Below, in pieces: positions 50,186 to 59,995 of a stretch of 64,000 nucleotides of DNA. Each line of letters begins with the position of its first letter. Within the stretch, counting starts at the first letter, position 1. The notes under the pieces are model-generated. The model was not told where the DNA came from and ran no database searches. It saw only the letters and a list, made by a program, of their open reading frames with translations. Origin of the DNA: an uncultured Desulfospira sp. (lineage in GTDB: Bacteria; Desulfobacterota; Desulfobacteria; Desulfobacterales; Desulfobacteraceae); NCBI GenBank assembly GCA_963663165.1, contig OY760175.1, positions 6,677,035 to 6,741,034 on the forward strand, read 5' to 3'. A program made the position numbers and the translations under genes.

Positions 50186-51425
50186 GCATAACCAGCTTGC
50201 CGATTACCTGGGCCGGCCGGACAACACCGGACTTCCCGGGGTGATCCTGGTCTGCGGCGAAGCCTTTCTGGCCAACCAGGCGGTGAAGGCGCTGTCAGAT
50301 GTGTTGTTCAAGGACGGGGGACGGCAGTTCGGCCTTGAAAACATGGACGGGACCACCGCTGCCATGGGCGACATCATTGAGCAGGCCGCCACATTTTCTT
50401 TTCTGACCGGGCCAAAAATGATCCTGGTAAAAAATGCGCCCCTGTTTGGCGCCGTCGCCGGTACCGGCGGTATTTCCTACGCCGAGAAAGACCTGGATCT
50501 TTTGACCCGGACCATTGAAAACGGGGTGGCGGAGCAGCATTTTCTGGTGTTTGTCACGCCAACCCAGGACCGGCGCAAAAAGATCTATAAAACCATTGAA
50601 GCCCATGGCCTGGTGGTGGACTGTACCGTTCCTTCGGGGGCCGGCAAAGCCGATTTAGAGGCCCAGTCTGCGATTTTAAGGACCATTGCCGCCAGGGTGC
50701 TGTCAACAGCTGGCCGGCAGATGGACCAGAACGCCTTAGCCGCATTAATGGACCTGACCGGGTTTCATCCCGAGCTGTTTGCCCGCAACCTTGAAAAATT
50801 GATGGCCTATGCGGGCAAAGACAGCCGGATCAACCTGTCCCATGTCAAGGCCGTTATTCAAAGGGACAAAAAAGACCCCATCTTTCACCTGACCAATGCG
50901 GTGTTAGACCGGAACACCCAGCAGGCCCTGTTCTATGTTTCGTCTCTGTTTAAAGACCAGTTCCATCCCCTACAGATCTTAAAATCCCTGGAAAATCAGA
51001 TCAGAAAGCTTCTTGCGGCAAAATTCGTTGTGGCGGGCCTTTCCAAAACCCATTCCGGGATCGGCTCAGCCCTTACCAATTATAACCTTTTCAGACAGCA
51101 GGTGTCGCCCCTGATTTTATCCGCCGACCAGGAAATGAAGGCCATCCTGGACCGGGAAGAAGCGGTTTTTCATGACTTGGCGGACACGGGCGAAACCGGT
51201 TCAAAGAAAAAAAAAGAAGCCGGTTCAGATCTTTTTCTTGCACCCAACCCCAAAAGTTTATACCCTGTATTCCAGTTGTTTCTTAAAACTCGGAATTTTA
51301 CCCTTATTGAAATAGAACAAGCTCTGGCAAATCTCGCTGATTTAGATCATCAATTTAAAACATCGGCGCTCGACGCGAAAACCGGTATCGAAACCTTTAT
51401 CATCAAGTTTTGCCGGAAATCATGA
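50172..51425 (+). CDS. holA: DNA polymerase III delta subunit
   Basis: LVCGEAFL, NLEKLMAY, IFHLTNAV, HPLQIL, LADLDHQFKT. Confidence 0.8.
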   Translation: MAVIKHNQLADYLGRPDNTGLPGVILVCGEAFLANQAVKALSDVLFKDGGRQFGLENMDGTTAAMGDIIEQAATFSFLTGPKMILVKNAPLFGAVAGTGGISYAEKDLDLLTRTIENGVAEQHFLVFVTPTQDRRKKIYKTIEAHGLVVDCTVPSGAGKADLEAQSAILRTIAARVLSTAGRQMDQNALAALMDLTGFHPELFARNLEKLMAYAGKDSRINLSHVKAVIQRDKKDPIFHLTNAVLDRNTQQALFYVSSLFKDQFHPLQILKSLENQIRKLLAAKFVVAGLSKTHSGIGSALTNYNLFRQQVSPLILSADQEMKAILDREEAVFHDLADTGETGSKKKKEAGSDLFLAPNPKSLYPVFQLFLKTRNFTLIEIEQALANLADLDHQFKTSALDAKTGIETFIIKFCRKS

Positions 51426-51450
51426 ACAAAAATGGGGAGGTTATAGAAAA

Positions 51451-52866
51451 ATGCTTAGAAAAACAAAGATTGTCGCCACCATCTCCAACCTGAACTGCTC
51501 TGTTGAGTTTATCCAGGGCCTTTACAAAGCCGGGATAAACGTCGTCCGCCTGAATACAGCCCACATGACCCATGAGGATGCCCTGGAAGTGATCAACAAT
51601 ACCCGGGCCGTATCTGACAAAATCGGCATTCTCCTGGACACCAAGGGGCCGGAGATCCGGACCTGCGATGCCAAAACACCGCTGTTAGTCCGCCATGGCG
51701 ATTCCATTAAAATCAAAGGGGCCCCCGGTGAAATTTCTGAGGGCGATACCATCTGTGTCTCCTATGAACACTTTGTCAATGACGTGCCGGTGGGCAGTTC
51801 CATCCTGATTGACGACGGGTGCATTGCCCTGGCCGTAATGAAAAAAGAGGACGACCACCTGGTCTGTTTCGTTGAAAACGACGGGACCATCCATGCCCGC
51901 AAAAGTATCAACATCCCGTCGGTCCATGTCAGGCTGCCGGCCTTAAGTGAAAAAGACCGGGGGTTTATAAGGTTTGCGGCCAAGAACAACCTTGATTTCA
52001 TCGCCCATTCTTTTGTCAGGAACAAGCAGGATGTGGCCGCGGTCCAGGAAATACTGGACCAGGAAAAATCCCCGGTCAAGATTATTGCCAAAATCGAGAA
52101 TGCCCAAGGGGTTGACAACCTTAATGAGATCCTTGATCTGGCATACGGGGTCATGATTGCCCGGGGCGATCTGGCCGTTGAAATTCCCACGGAAAGAATT
52201 CCTCTCATTCAAAAGCAGATTGCCAGAACCTGTGTTGAACGGCGCAGGCCCGTAATCGTTGCCACCCAGATGCTCCACTCCATGATCGAATCCCCGAGGC
52301 CCACCCGGGCTGAAGTGTCCGACGTGGCCAACGCCTGCCTGGACCATGCCGATGCCCTCATGCTGTCCGGGGAAACCGCTTCGGGCAAATACCCTGAAGT
52401 AGCGGTCAGGACCATGGCGAAAATTGCTCAGGAGGTGGAAGACAAACGGTCCAGTTTTATTGACGTGCCCTATACCGAAGAAAAGAAAATTACGGCCTAC
52501 CTGGCCAAGGCTGCCGTAAAGGCGGCGCTCCGGCTTAATACCAGGGGAATCGTGGCCGATTCCATCAGCGGAAACACCATTCTGGCCTTAGCGGCCTACC
52601 GGGGAGACAATCCCATTTATGCCCAGGTGTATGACATGCAGGTCATGCGGTGGCTGTCTCTGTCTTACGGGGTGTATGCCGACTATATTCCTCTTGGCGG
52701 CGACACGAAAAAAGCACTTCAGGACAGCATCTGCCGTCTGGTGGTAGAAAAGAAACTCAAGGATGATACCCTGATCATTGTCTTGTCCGGAAGCTTCGGG
52801 CCTCAGCAGGGCGCATCCTTTATCGAGGTCTCCAGGGTGGGGAATTTTAAGACCATGTGCAAATAG
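51451..52866 (+). CDS. pyk: Pyruvate kinase
   Basis: RKTKIVAT, DTKGPEIRT, IAKIEN, MIARGDL, ATQML.SM, MLSGETA. Confidence 0.97.
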   Translation: MLRKTKIVATISNLNCSVEFIQGLYKAGINVVRLNTAHMTHEDALEVINNTRAVSDKIGILLDTKGPEIRTCDAKTPLLVRHGDSIKIKGAPGEISEGDTICVSYEHFVNDVPVGSSILIDDGCIALAVMKKEDDHLVCFVENDGTIHARKSINIPSVHVRLPALSEKDRGFIRFAAKNNLDFIAHSFVRNKQDVAAVQEILDQEKSPVKIIAKIENAQGVDNLNEILDLAYGVMIARGDLAVEIPTERIPLIQKQIARTCVERRRPVIVATQMLHSMIESPRPTRAEVSDVANACLDHADALMLSGETASGKYPEVAVRTMAKIAQEVEDKRSSFIDVPYTEEKKITAYLAKAAVKAALRLNTRGIVADSISGNTILALAAYRGDNPIYAQVYDMQVMRWLSLSYGVYADYIPLGGDTKKALQDSICRLVVEKKLKDDTLIIVLSGSFGPQQGASFIEVSRVGNFKTMCK

Positions 52867-52973
52867 AGACTTTACTTTCTGCATTCTGTGTACTAAATAA
52901 TACGGGAAAATTTGAAAATGCGGCTTTACCAGCACCATCGGATTTGCCTGAAAACCCAAGTTGGAGAAAGAAA

Positions 52974-53807
52974 ATGAAACGAATTTTTTTTGCAGTTTTA
53001 TTGCCTGTTGCCCTGTTTTCCGGAACCGTTTTGGTTCATGAAGCGTGTTCCCAGGAAGCTTTCATCCTGCCTGCCGGCACCATGACCCTTTCCCCGCCGG
53101 AAAATTATGATGCAAAAAAATCCTGGGTTGTGTTTCCCCACTCAACCCATTTCAAATTCCCCTGCCAGAGCTGCCACCATGAATGGGCGCCTGGAGAAGA
53201 TGTTAAATCCTGTTCTTCAGCCGGGTGCCATGAGGAATTCTGGCCAGAAGCCGCTGACGGAAAGGGCGGCAGCCTGTCACTGACCGCTGCCTATCACCGG
53301 GCCTGTCGGGACTGCCATCGGGAAGAGCTGGCCAGGCTGGATAAAAAAGCAAAGGCCGAATACAAGGCCCCCATTGCCTGTGACGGCTGCCATCCGGCAA
53401 CCCAGGGCCCCAAAGTCAATACCATGAGCGATTTTCACGTGCCCGTCGGCACCATTACCCTTGAGCCCCCGGAAGGGGCCGATGCCAAACGGTCTTCGGT
53501 TGACTTCCCCCATGATACCCATTTCGGGTTTGCCTGCGGTGAATGCCACCATACATGGGACGGTATCAGCGAGGTCCAGAACTGCACCACCTCGGGCTGT
53601 CACGACCAGACAGAACCTGCCGACGGCAAGCGGAACATCAATGACCCGGGCAACCAGAAGTACTACCTGGCCGCCTACCATAAACTGTGTCTCTACTGCC
53701 ACAGGGATTTGAAAAACGAACGGGCCGCCCTTGAAAAAGCAGGGGTGACCGATGAAAGCAAACTGCCTGCTGTTGGCCCCACCGCATGCGCGGAGTGCCA
53801 TCAATAA
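52974..53807 (+). CDS. Octaheme class III (c3-family) cytochrome with two tandem tetraheme domains
   Basis: Signal peptide; VxFPHxxH twice; six CxxCH and two CxxxxCH heme motifs. Confidence 0.9.
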   Translation: MKRIFFAVLLPVALFSGTVLVHEACSQEAFILPAGTMTLSPPENYDAKKSWVVFPHSTHFKFPCQSCHHEWAPGEDVKSCSSAGCHEEFWPEAADGKGGSLSLTAAYHRACRDCHREELARLDKKAKAEYKAPIACDGCHPATQGPKVNTMSDFHVPVGTITLEPPEGADAKRSSVDFPHDTHFGFACGECHHTWDGISEVQNCTTSGCHDQTEPADGKRNINDPGNQKYYLAAYHKLCLYCHRDLKNERAALEKAGVTDESKLPAVGPTACAECHQ

Positions 53808-53837
53808 GATTTAGCCAGAGCGTTTTACTCAAATACA

Positions 53838-53876
53838 ATTGCCGCAGGAAGTCATTTTCCTGCGGCAGTTTTTTTT
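53838..53876 (+). terminator. Intrinsic terminator
   Basis: ttgccgcaggaa...ttcctgcggcag followed by a T run. Confidence 0.8.
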
Positions 53877-54099
53877 GAGAGACTGAAGGTGTTTAGGCTG
53901 AAGGCTGTTAGGGTAAGCAAAGGCCAGCAGGGTAGGGTAGGCGTGTTCTTTTTGAATGCTGTCGTTTAGTTGAAGTGAAGGTAAAATAATTCCTTTTAGG
54001 AAGTTGAAAAACGGTTTGAACTGACAGGGAAAGTCTATGGCAATTGTCTATTGAAAAACAAAACCGGTCCCATAAATAGCCCTCACCTCAAACGTCTTT

Positions 54100-54284
54100 T
54101 TATAAGAAAGATATCAATAAGCTATTGAGTTCTTTCGACTTTTGTTGTGGGTTGTACCTCAGTGCTGATATGTCAGGTCAGCCCGTGGCTGTTATATGAA
54201 AGACTCAGCAACCTGTTGAGTGCTTTCAATATTTGTTGTGGGCGGTTCTTGGTTGGATAACCAAGACGGCCCGTGGCCGTTATA
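54100..54284 (+). repeat. Tandem pair of modular repeat units (copies 11-12)
   Basis: Units 54100-54196 (novel hairpin-2 insert) and 54192-54284 joined at TTATA. Confidence 0.88.
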
Positions 54285-54476
54285 TGCACTTATTGTCCTG
54301 AATCCGGAACTTTTCCCTTGCCCCTCTCGGTTTACACGCACTTTAAACAGGTTGCTCCCCAAATTTGCCGCAGAGAGCCCTTTTTCTAAATTTCCAATGG
54401 CTTCAATGAGATGATGATTCTCCAAACTCATTTTCTTTGCCCACTTCTTAAACCATTTTGTGCATAATTTTTTCAT
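54285..54476 (-). pseudogene. RelE/ParE-family toxin truncated by the repeat
   Basis: TKWFKKWAKK...ANLGSNLFKVRV..EGQGKSSGFRTI then runs into repeat sequence; no antitoxin follows. Confidence 0.75.
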
Positions 54477-54948
54477 AAATAACTATAACTTTTTGTGGTA
54501 CACTTTTCAAGTATCTGCACACAACATCTTGGTGTAAAATTATGGTGAAGATAATTGGATAGAGCCGGATATATGAGACAGCAACAGCACTCAAACACGG
54601 GAAGTTTGGGGTTATCTTCCAACCGAAAAATGGGCCTTGCTTTGAAGGTAGTCCGCATCTCAAACACCTCGATTCAATCTGCCAGATTTTCGGTCCAGGC
54701 GGTCACCAATAATAAAAGTAGCCGTCGCCACTTCGAAAAAGGCTTGGGAGTCCTTAGATACCATTATGTTGCGAGTGGGTCTAACCTGTTAAATTTAAAG
54801 GCGATTTTAGCTATTCACATTGCAAATCAATATTGTATTAAAATTCAACACGTTAAAAGTTATTTTAGAAATTTTAAAGATCAGTGGCAACATAATTTTT
54901 TGTTTTACTACATACCCCTCCAAAGATAGCAAAAGCTGCTTCAGTGGT

Positions 54949-55968
54949 TCATAAACTGTCAAGCCAGGCAAGGATTTCAGCACTATTTCCCCAGTCGATT
55001 AACTCATCAATTTTTTTGTCATGAGTTATTTTCGATTGCATGTATTCCATGAGCGTATTTTGGACTTCCCGTTTTTTTGACAGATCCAGCTGCAGATAGG
55101 TCATTGTTGATTCAATACTTTGATGACCAAGACGATTTTTGATATCCGATACCGGAGCACCTGAACTGACCATGTTGACCGCGCACGAATGCCTGAAGCA
55201 GTGAGCCGGGCTCAGTCCTTTCAGCCGTTTTTCCGGCAAGGCCAAGGTCAAATACTTCCTGCAAATTTTATTAATTCCATGTCTGGTCATTTCCCGCTTC
55301 CGTTGATTGATAAACAGCCTATGGGCAAATAAAGGGATGGGATCTACCCTGTGATTGCTGATATAGTCCGAGATCAAGGAGGCGGTTCTGGAGCATAGAT
55401 TAATCAACCGGTATCGGTTTCCCTTTCCCAGGACCGCAATGGTTTCGTTTTCGGGGTCAAAATAATCAAATTCCAATGTGGCAATTTCACTGGCCCGGGC
55501 ACCGGAGTCATAAAGCAGATGGAGAATGGTAAAATCCCTCATGCCTTCTTTCTTTTTCAGATCAACGGCACTGAAGACTTTCATGATTTCTTCAGGATAT
55601 AAAAATCCCATCACCTTTTTTTGAGCTCTTTTCTGAGGGATGTTCAGGAGCCTATCGGCAATTCGTTTTTTATCCGGATGCATGAAGCGGATCATCTTGG
55701 CCAAAGACTTAATCACGGCCAGGCGTTGGTTTCGAGTCTGCACGCTATTTTTTCGGTTTTTTTCCAGATGCTGGAGAAAGGCAAGCACTGCATCCACCGT
55801 TAAGTGTTCGATTTTCAATGACTTGATTTTTATTGAGTGATGATTCGCCAGAAAATGCAGAAATAACGACAGGCTCTGCTGGTAAGCTTGAACACTTTGT
55901 TTGCTCGTCCCTTTTATCGAGGGCAAGTATTCATAAAAATACTGGTGCAGGCAACTTGTCAATCTCAT
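54949..55968 (-). CDS. Tyrosine recombinase (RitC-like)
   Basis: TRNQRLA, GARASE, GKG, HCFRHSCA, LGH, TMTY. Confidence 0.92.
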   Translation of the reverse strand: MRLTSCLHQYFYEYLPSIKGTSKQSVQAYQQSLSLFLHFLANHHSIKIKSLKIEHLTVDAVLAFLQHLEKNRKNSVQTRNQRLAVIKSLAKMIRFMHPDKKRIADRLLNIPQKRAQKKVMGFLYPEEIMKVFSAVDLKKKEGMRDFTILHLLYDSGARASEIATLEFDYFDPENETIAVLGKGNRYRLINLCSRTASLISDYISNHRVDPIPLFAHRLFINQRKREMTRHGINKICRKYLTLALPEKRLKGLSPAHCFRHSCAVNMVSSGAPVSDIKNRLGHQSIESTMTYLQLDLSKKREVQNTLMEYMQSKITHDKKIDELIDWGNSAEILAWLDSL

Positions 55969-56942
55969 GCACCCTCGCTTTTTGATTTCGAAAAATCAAA
56001 CAGTTGCCAACGGTGCTCAGCATCCAGTACCTTCAAATAATAGGTTGTGTATTTGTATTTGCTGTGCCCCATATAAGCCGCCAGTACAGGCAGGGCATTT
56101 TGGCAGGATTTTCCTTGCTGTTTTATCCTTTTCAGCGTGTTCACAGCAAACGAATGCCGCAGGGAATGATGTGAAGGCTGGCTGAAGTTTGTAGTACCGA
56201 TTATTTTCCGGGAGTGATCAAAATTAATATCTGTGAGAGCCTGTTTAAATCTGCGATTTATAAACATACGTACCAGTTTTTTCCCTTTCACCTTTACCAG
56301 CAAAAAAGGGCTGTCATCCTCATCAGGGAATAACCGGCGAACTTTTAGCAGGTTGTTGATTTCATAGGCTACGGCTTTGGGTATAGGGATCAATCGATCT
56401 TTTCTAAATTTTGTCTTTTCAATATAGATTGTTCTTTCTTCGGGCCTGTAATGGGTTTTCAATAAATTAAGTGTCTCCGAGGTTCTAAGTCCGCACCGGG
56501 CCATCAACAAAAAGGCTATATAAGCACTGAAATCTGACACATAGAATCTCTGGCTTGTCCGCATCGACTTGATTACAGCTTTGAGAAAACGGTCTGTTTC
56601 TTCCGGAGAAAATATAAAAGGAATAACGTGATTTTCCTGTAGCTCAGTGATTTCCTGCAACGGATTTTCCAGGATCACATCTTTGCGTATAAGATAATTG
56701 AAAAAGATCTTGAGCATTCTAAAAATCGTATTTATGGACCGGGGTTCAAGATCAAGTTCTGCTCTGAACCGGATAAAAAACAGCGGATCAAAGGATGTCC
56801 AAGTCACTTGTTTTTCAGACACATATCGATCAAGTACCCTAAGACCGTACATCATTGAGGTGTTTGAGTACCCCAGTTGAAAACGATATGTGATAAAATC
56901 CTCCATTTGTTCAGCCAAGAAACTTTTAAAACGTTTCATCAA
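55965..56942 (-). CDS. Tyrosine recombinase (RitB-like)
   Basis: CGLRTSE, TKFRKDRLIP, HSLRHSFAVNTL, LPVLAAYMGH, TTYYL. Confidence 0.92.
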   Translation of the reverse strand: MMKRFKSFLAEQMEDFITYRFQLGYSNTSMMYGLRVLDRYVSEKQVTWTSFDPLFFIRFRAELDLEPRSINTIFRMLKIFFNYLIRKDVILENPLQEITELQENHVIPFIFSPEETDRFLKAVIKSMRTSQRFYVSDFSAYIAFLLMARCGLRTSETLNLLKTHYRPEERTIYIEKTKFRKDRLIPIPKAVAYEINNLLKVRRLFPDEDDSPFLLVKVKGKKLVRMFINRRFKQALTDINFDHSRKIIGTTNFSQPSHHSLRHSFAVNTLKRIKQQGKSCQNALPVLAAYMGHSKYKYTTYYLKVLDAEHRWQLFDFSKSKSEGA

Positions 56943-57813
56943 GGATAACCTCCCGCATCAGGCCGATATGAATGCTCAGATACTTTTTTGTCGAATCGAG
57001 GCTTTTATGTCCCATCATTTCTTTGATTTCATAGATGGACATACCGGACTCCAACATATTCTGGGCAAATGAATGCCGCAGCCAGTATGTGCTTGATCCA
57101 AGATTGTTTTTCGTCATGCATTCTTTTATATCTCGGGGGATATCGCTCCTGTTGGCCGGTTTATAAGGTGGTGTCAACTGTAAAAATAGAACTCGGGATT
57201 GAGTTTCAGGTCTCCCGCCCACAATATAGGCAGTGATCGCTTTGATTATGTTATCGGGAAGGGGAAGATGAGCAGGATTGCAATTTTTTCTTGAACGGAT
57301 AAAAATCTCTTTCTGTCTAAATGAGATGTCATCCAGAGTTAGCAACCTGATTTCTTTCGGCCTTAACCCCAGATAACATGCCAGATGCAGGGTGGCATTG
57401 GTGCGAAGGTCTTTTGCTGTTGACAGGTCCAGACTGTCAAACAACTTTTGAATTTCATGAGTGCGCAAAAATTTGGGCGGCTTTGGTGGTCCGAACTCCG
57501 GAGGGCTTACCACTAAAGCGCCAAGGTCCTTTTTAAGATCTCCGTGTTGATAAAGGTACTTTAAAAATCTTCGTACATGTGACCGGTGCGTCCTGCATGT
57601 CCCGGGAGCACGCCCCTTGTTGCAGACTGCTAAAAATTGATCGACCTGGTCAATGGATATGTTGCCCAAAGAGGTGTTTTCCCCCTGAAGATAGGCCGCA
57701 AAATTTGTTAATGTCCTTTTTGTATAGGACACCGCATCCCCGGAAGCTTGATCTCGACAGTAGTCCAGGTATTTCTCCACTGCTTTGGTGACCTTATTGT
57801 CAACTTCCATCAT
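56926..57813 (-). CDS. Tyrosine recombinase (RitA-like, short)
   Basis: GLRPKE, YWLRHSFA, MGH, TKKY; start set at ATG 57813 behind GGAGG. Confidence 0.88.
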   Translation of the reverse strand: MMEVDNKVTKAVEKYLDYCRDQASGDAVSYTKRTLTNFAAYLQGENTSLGNISIDQVDQFLAVCNKGRAPGTCRTHRSHVRRFLKYLYQHGDLKKDLGALVVSPPEFGPPKPPKFLRTHEIQKLFDSLDLSTAKDLRTNATLHLACYLGLRPKEIRLLTLDDISFRQKEIFIRSRKNCNPAHLPLPDNIIKAITAYIVGGRPETQSRVLFLQLTPPYKPANRSDIPRDIKECMTKNNLGSSTYWLRHSFAQNMLESGMSIYEIKEMMGHKSLDSTKKYLSIHIGLMREVILDETF

Positions 57814-58285
57814 GGCTGCCTCCAAAAGATTGCAGGACAAGGCTGCGGATGGTTGCCGGATCGTGCAGTTCCATGTCTTTTTGGCTTTGAAGGGGGGCTG
57901 CTGAGGGCAGAGCCACTCTTTCCGGAAGGGACAATACTTGGAAAAGGTTGCCGTCAAATGCGACCAGGTTCTTGTCAATCAAGGCATTCCTGGCAAGGAT
58001 GTAGTCATCAACACAAATCCTGAGCAGGGTGCAGATTTTATCATAGCCGTAATAGGACAGCCCATGACGATCCGCCACGATAATCAAAAACAGGTACAGC
58101 AGGAGCTGATGATGATCCAGGCTTGCCCAGAATCCGTCCCGCAGGAACCGGTGTTCGATAAAAGCAAAGCTTCCTGCAATTTTTCTGATGCGGCAGGGAT
58201 CTATGGGATTTTTTGCAATGGACGCACGAAAACGGCGTTGGGGCTTTTGATTCCGATTTTTGGCTTTATTTTGTCCGGTCTCCAT
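57800..58285 (-). CDS. Putative winged-helix DNA-binding protein of mobile elements
   Basis: SFAFIEHRFL...LLLYLFLIIVADRHGLSYYGYDKICTLL...ARNALIDKNLV; AAGGAGG RBS; overlaps the RitA-like gene. Confidence 0.65.
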   Translation of the reverse strand: METGQNKAKNRNQKPQRRFRASIAKNPIDPCRIRKIAGSFAFIEHRFLRDGFWASLDHHQLLLYLFLIIVADRHGLSYYGYDKICTLLRICVDDYILARNALIDKNLVAFDGNLFQVLSLPERVALPSAAPLQSQKDMELHDPATIRSLVLQSFGGSHDGS

Positions 58286-58332
58286 GGCATTGCCTCCTTG
58301 AAATGATCGTTAAAGGCAATTTACCCTTTTTC

Positions 58333-58941
58333 TCAGGGGGGATCAGGCCCCGTTTGTTGTTGGAACCGGCTTTTTCCATGATGTTTTTTTTGAGGGCGAG
58401 GGCCAAACCCTAACGGCGGTGGCAGGATATCCAAATGTGAAGCGGCAAGTTCCCGGAGATGGGGTAAAACAAACTCAACCCCAAGTGCAGATCTCAATGA
58501 TGATAAGGTTGCCTGACCATCATTGGATAAGGACGGAATCAGGTCGATTAATAAAATCAAACTTACATGAATCAAAAACAGTCTGTGCCTCATCCATCGC
58601 AAGACACCAGGCAGGCCGATATCTGGACGCATATTGTCTGCTGCGGCCTCCTGGCTTGGTGCTGCTTCGATCTGATTGATGACCGTTTCCGCCTCCATCA
58701 GTGTCCCTGGCAGACGTGAGGACAGGCAATCGGGCAACAGCCCGAAGGTGGTCCTGCCATCCGGACAATACCACCGGGCGATTTTTGCACCGTCGGGATA
58801 CTTTCTGCAATAGGTCCCATGCCTGGCAAATTTGCAGCCACCTTCCGGATGTAACGGGCACCGATCCAGTTTTGCATCTTTCCATGCCTCCTCCTCTATA
58901 TATTGTTCAACAGGAATGTCGGTGGCGAATCGGAGCTGCAC
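58333..58941 (-). CDS. Cys/His-containing mobile-element accessory protein (DUF6431-like)
   Basis: CPLH...C...RHGTY.RK...IARWYCP...TFGLLPDCL, followed by a helical region ending LRWM. Confidence 0.6.
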   Translation of the reverse strand: MQLRFATDIPVEQYIEEEAWKDAKLDRCPLHPEGGCKFARHGTYCRKYPDGAKIARWYCPDGRTTFGLLPDCLSSRLPGTLMEAETVINQIEAAPSQEAAADNMRPDIGLPGVLRWMRHRLFLIHVSLILLIDLIPSLSNDGQATLSSLRSALGVEFVLPHLRELAASHLDILPPPLGFGPRPQKKHHGKSRFQQQTGPDPP

Positions 58942-58970
58942 GACTTTAACCTTGCGTTAAAATTCAAAAT

Positions 58971-59396
58971 ATGAAACATTTTCCCATGGCAAAGATCGGT
59001 CGCAATACACCATGCCCTTGCGGCAGCGGTAAGAAATATAAGAAGTGTTGTTTGTCGTTGCAGTCAGCGGGAACTCAACCCAAGCCCTATCCTGCCGGGT
59101 TTACACCAGTTTACACGGAATTGGATCTGCTTTCAAACAGTGTGATTGATCTGATCGATGAAAACAAATTCGACGAGGCAGAAGCTGTATCAAAGAGATT
59201 ATTGCATGAATATCCAGATCAGATTGACGGCTTTCACAGGTTGGGACAGGTCTATGAAGCTCAGGGAAAAAAGCATGAAGCGGGAGAATACTATCAAAAA
59301 GCCGCAGATTTTGCCCGGACAATGCCGGGTTTTGATCCGGAAACTGTTGAACGCTTCCTTTTAAAAGCAAAGAAATATAGGGAAGAAGCAAAGTAG
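58971..59396 (+). CDS. SEC-C motif plus TPR protein
   Basis: [23 protein letters not shown]-like [10 protein letters not shown]...YYQKA. Confidence 0.88.
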   Translation: MKHFPMAKIGRNTPCPCGSGKKYKKCCLSLQSAGTQPKPYPAGFTPVYTELDLLSNSVIDLIDENKFDEAEAVSKRLLHEYPDQIDGFHRLGQVYEAQGKKHEAGEYYQKAADFARTMPGFDPETVERFLLKAKKYREEAK

Positions 59397-59666
59397 AAAA
59401 ACTATATCCAAAGAAAATAACTCATTTAGAACTTTTTATAGAAGAAAATCTCGCTACAAAAAAAAGTCGCAACATAAATACCATTATTGTGGGGTCTGAA
59501 TTTACTAATTTTCATCAAGCTCATACAGATGTTTTGGAATTTCTTTACACGATTTAAAAATGCTGATAATGCTGGTATGGAATTCGGTAGATATAAAGAC
59601 GATAGCCGCTTCGGTTATCAATCGTTTTTTCATGATATGCGGTTAGATATCAGGTCAGACAAGATA

Positions 59667-59890
59667 GCCGGACCCGGTCAACTCCTTGTTCGCTCGGACT
59701 CACGGGAGCGGGCTGGCAAATTGCCCGATAATATGGTACGGCTTAAGCTTTGCTTCGCTGCCGCAGAACTTCGTTATGGCTGACAAAGCGAAGCAAAGCT
59801 TAAGCCGTAGTCAAAGGAGAATTTACCACCCCACTTTCCCGGGCCGTGGAACAGCCCGCTACACCGGGCAAGCCGGTGAGCTTAATATTA
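59667..59890. repeat. Long nested inverted-repeat structure with a perfect 23-bp stem; attC-like ends
   Basis: tacggcttaagctttgcttcgct (59737) / agcgaagcaaagcttaagccgta (59787); outer pairs agcgggctg/cagcccgct and cccggt/accggg. Confidence 0.7.
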
Positions 59891-59934
59891 AAAATCAAAC
59901 ATGGAAATGTTCCCAAAATCAAAAAAATACTTAT

Positions 59935-59989
59935 TGTTCCCGCATAGGGAACTTTTATATTGACATTAATCAGGGAACGTAATAATAAT
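59935..59989 (+). promoter_or_regulatory. Promoter and palindromic operator of the second higBA module
   Basis: GTTCCC-N5-GGGAAC palindrome, TTGACA at 59960, extra GGGAAC half-site, TAATAAT -10 region. Confidence 0.65.
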
Positions 59990-59995
59990 TGAGTT

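Larger units (their letters stand above)
54764..59477 (-). mobile_element. RIT-type (recombinase-in-trio) element with three additional genes
   Basis: Perfect 11-bp terminal inverted repeats TTATGTTGCGA (54764) / TCGCAACATAA (59467); 6-bp direct repeat ATACCA outside both ends; three overlapping tyrosine recombinases. Confidence 0.88.

Noticed and set aside
54555..54929. ORFs spanning the RIT ends (54555-54929, 59487-59783) as an interrupted gene
   Set aside because: Joining the flanks at ATACCA gave no recognisable protein in the frames I checked.
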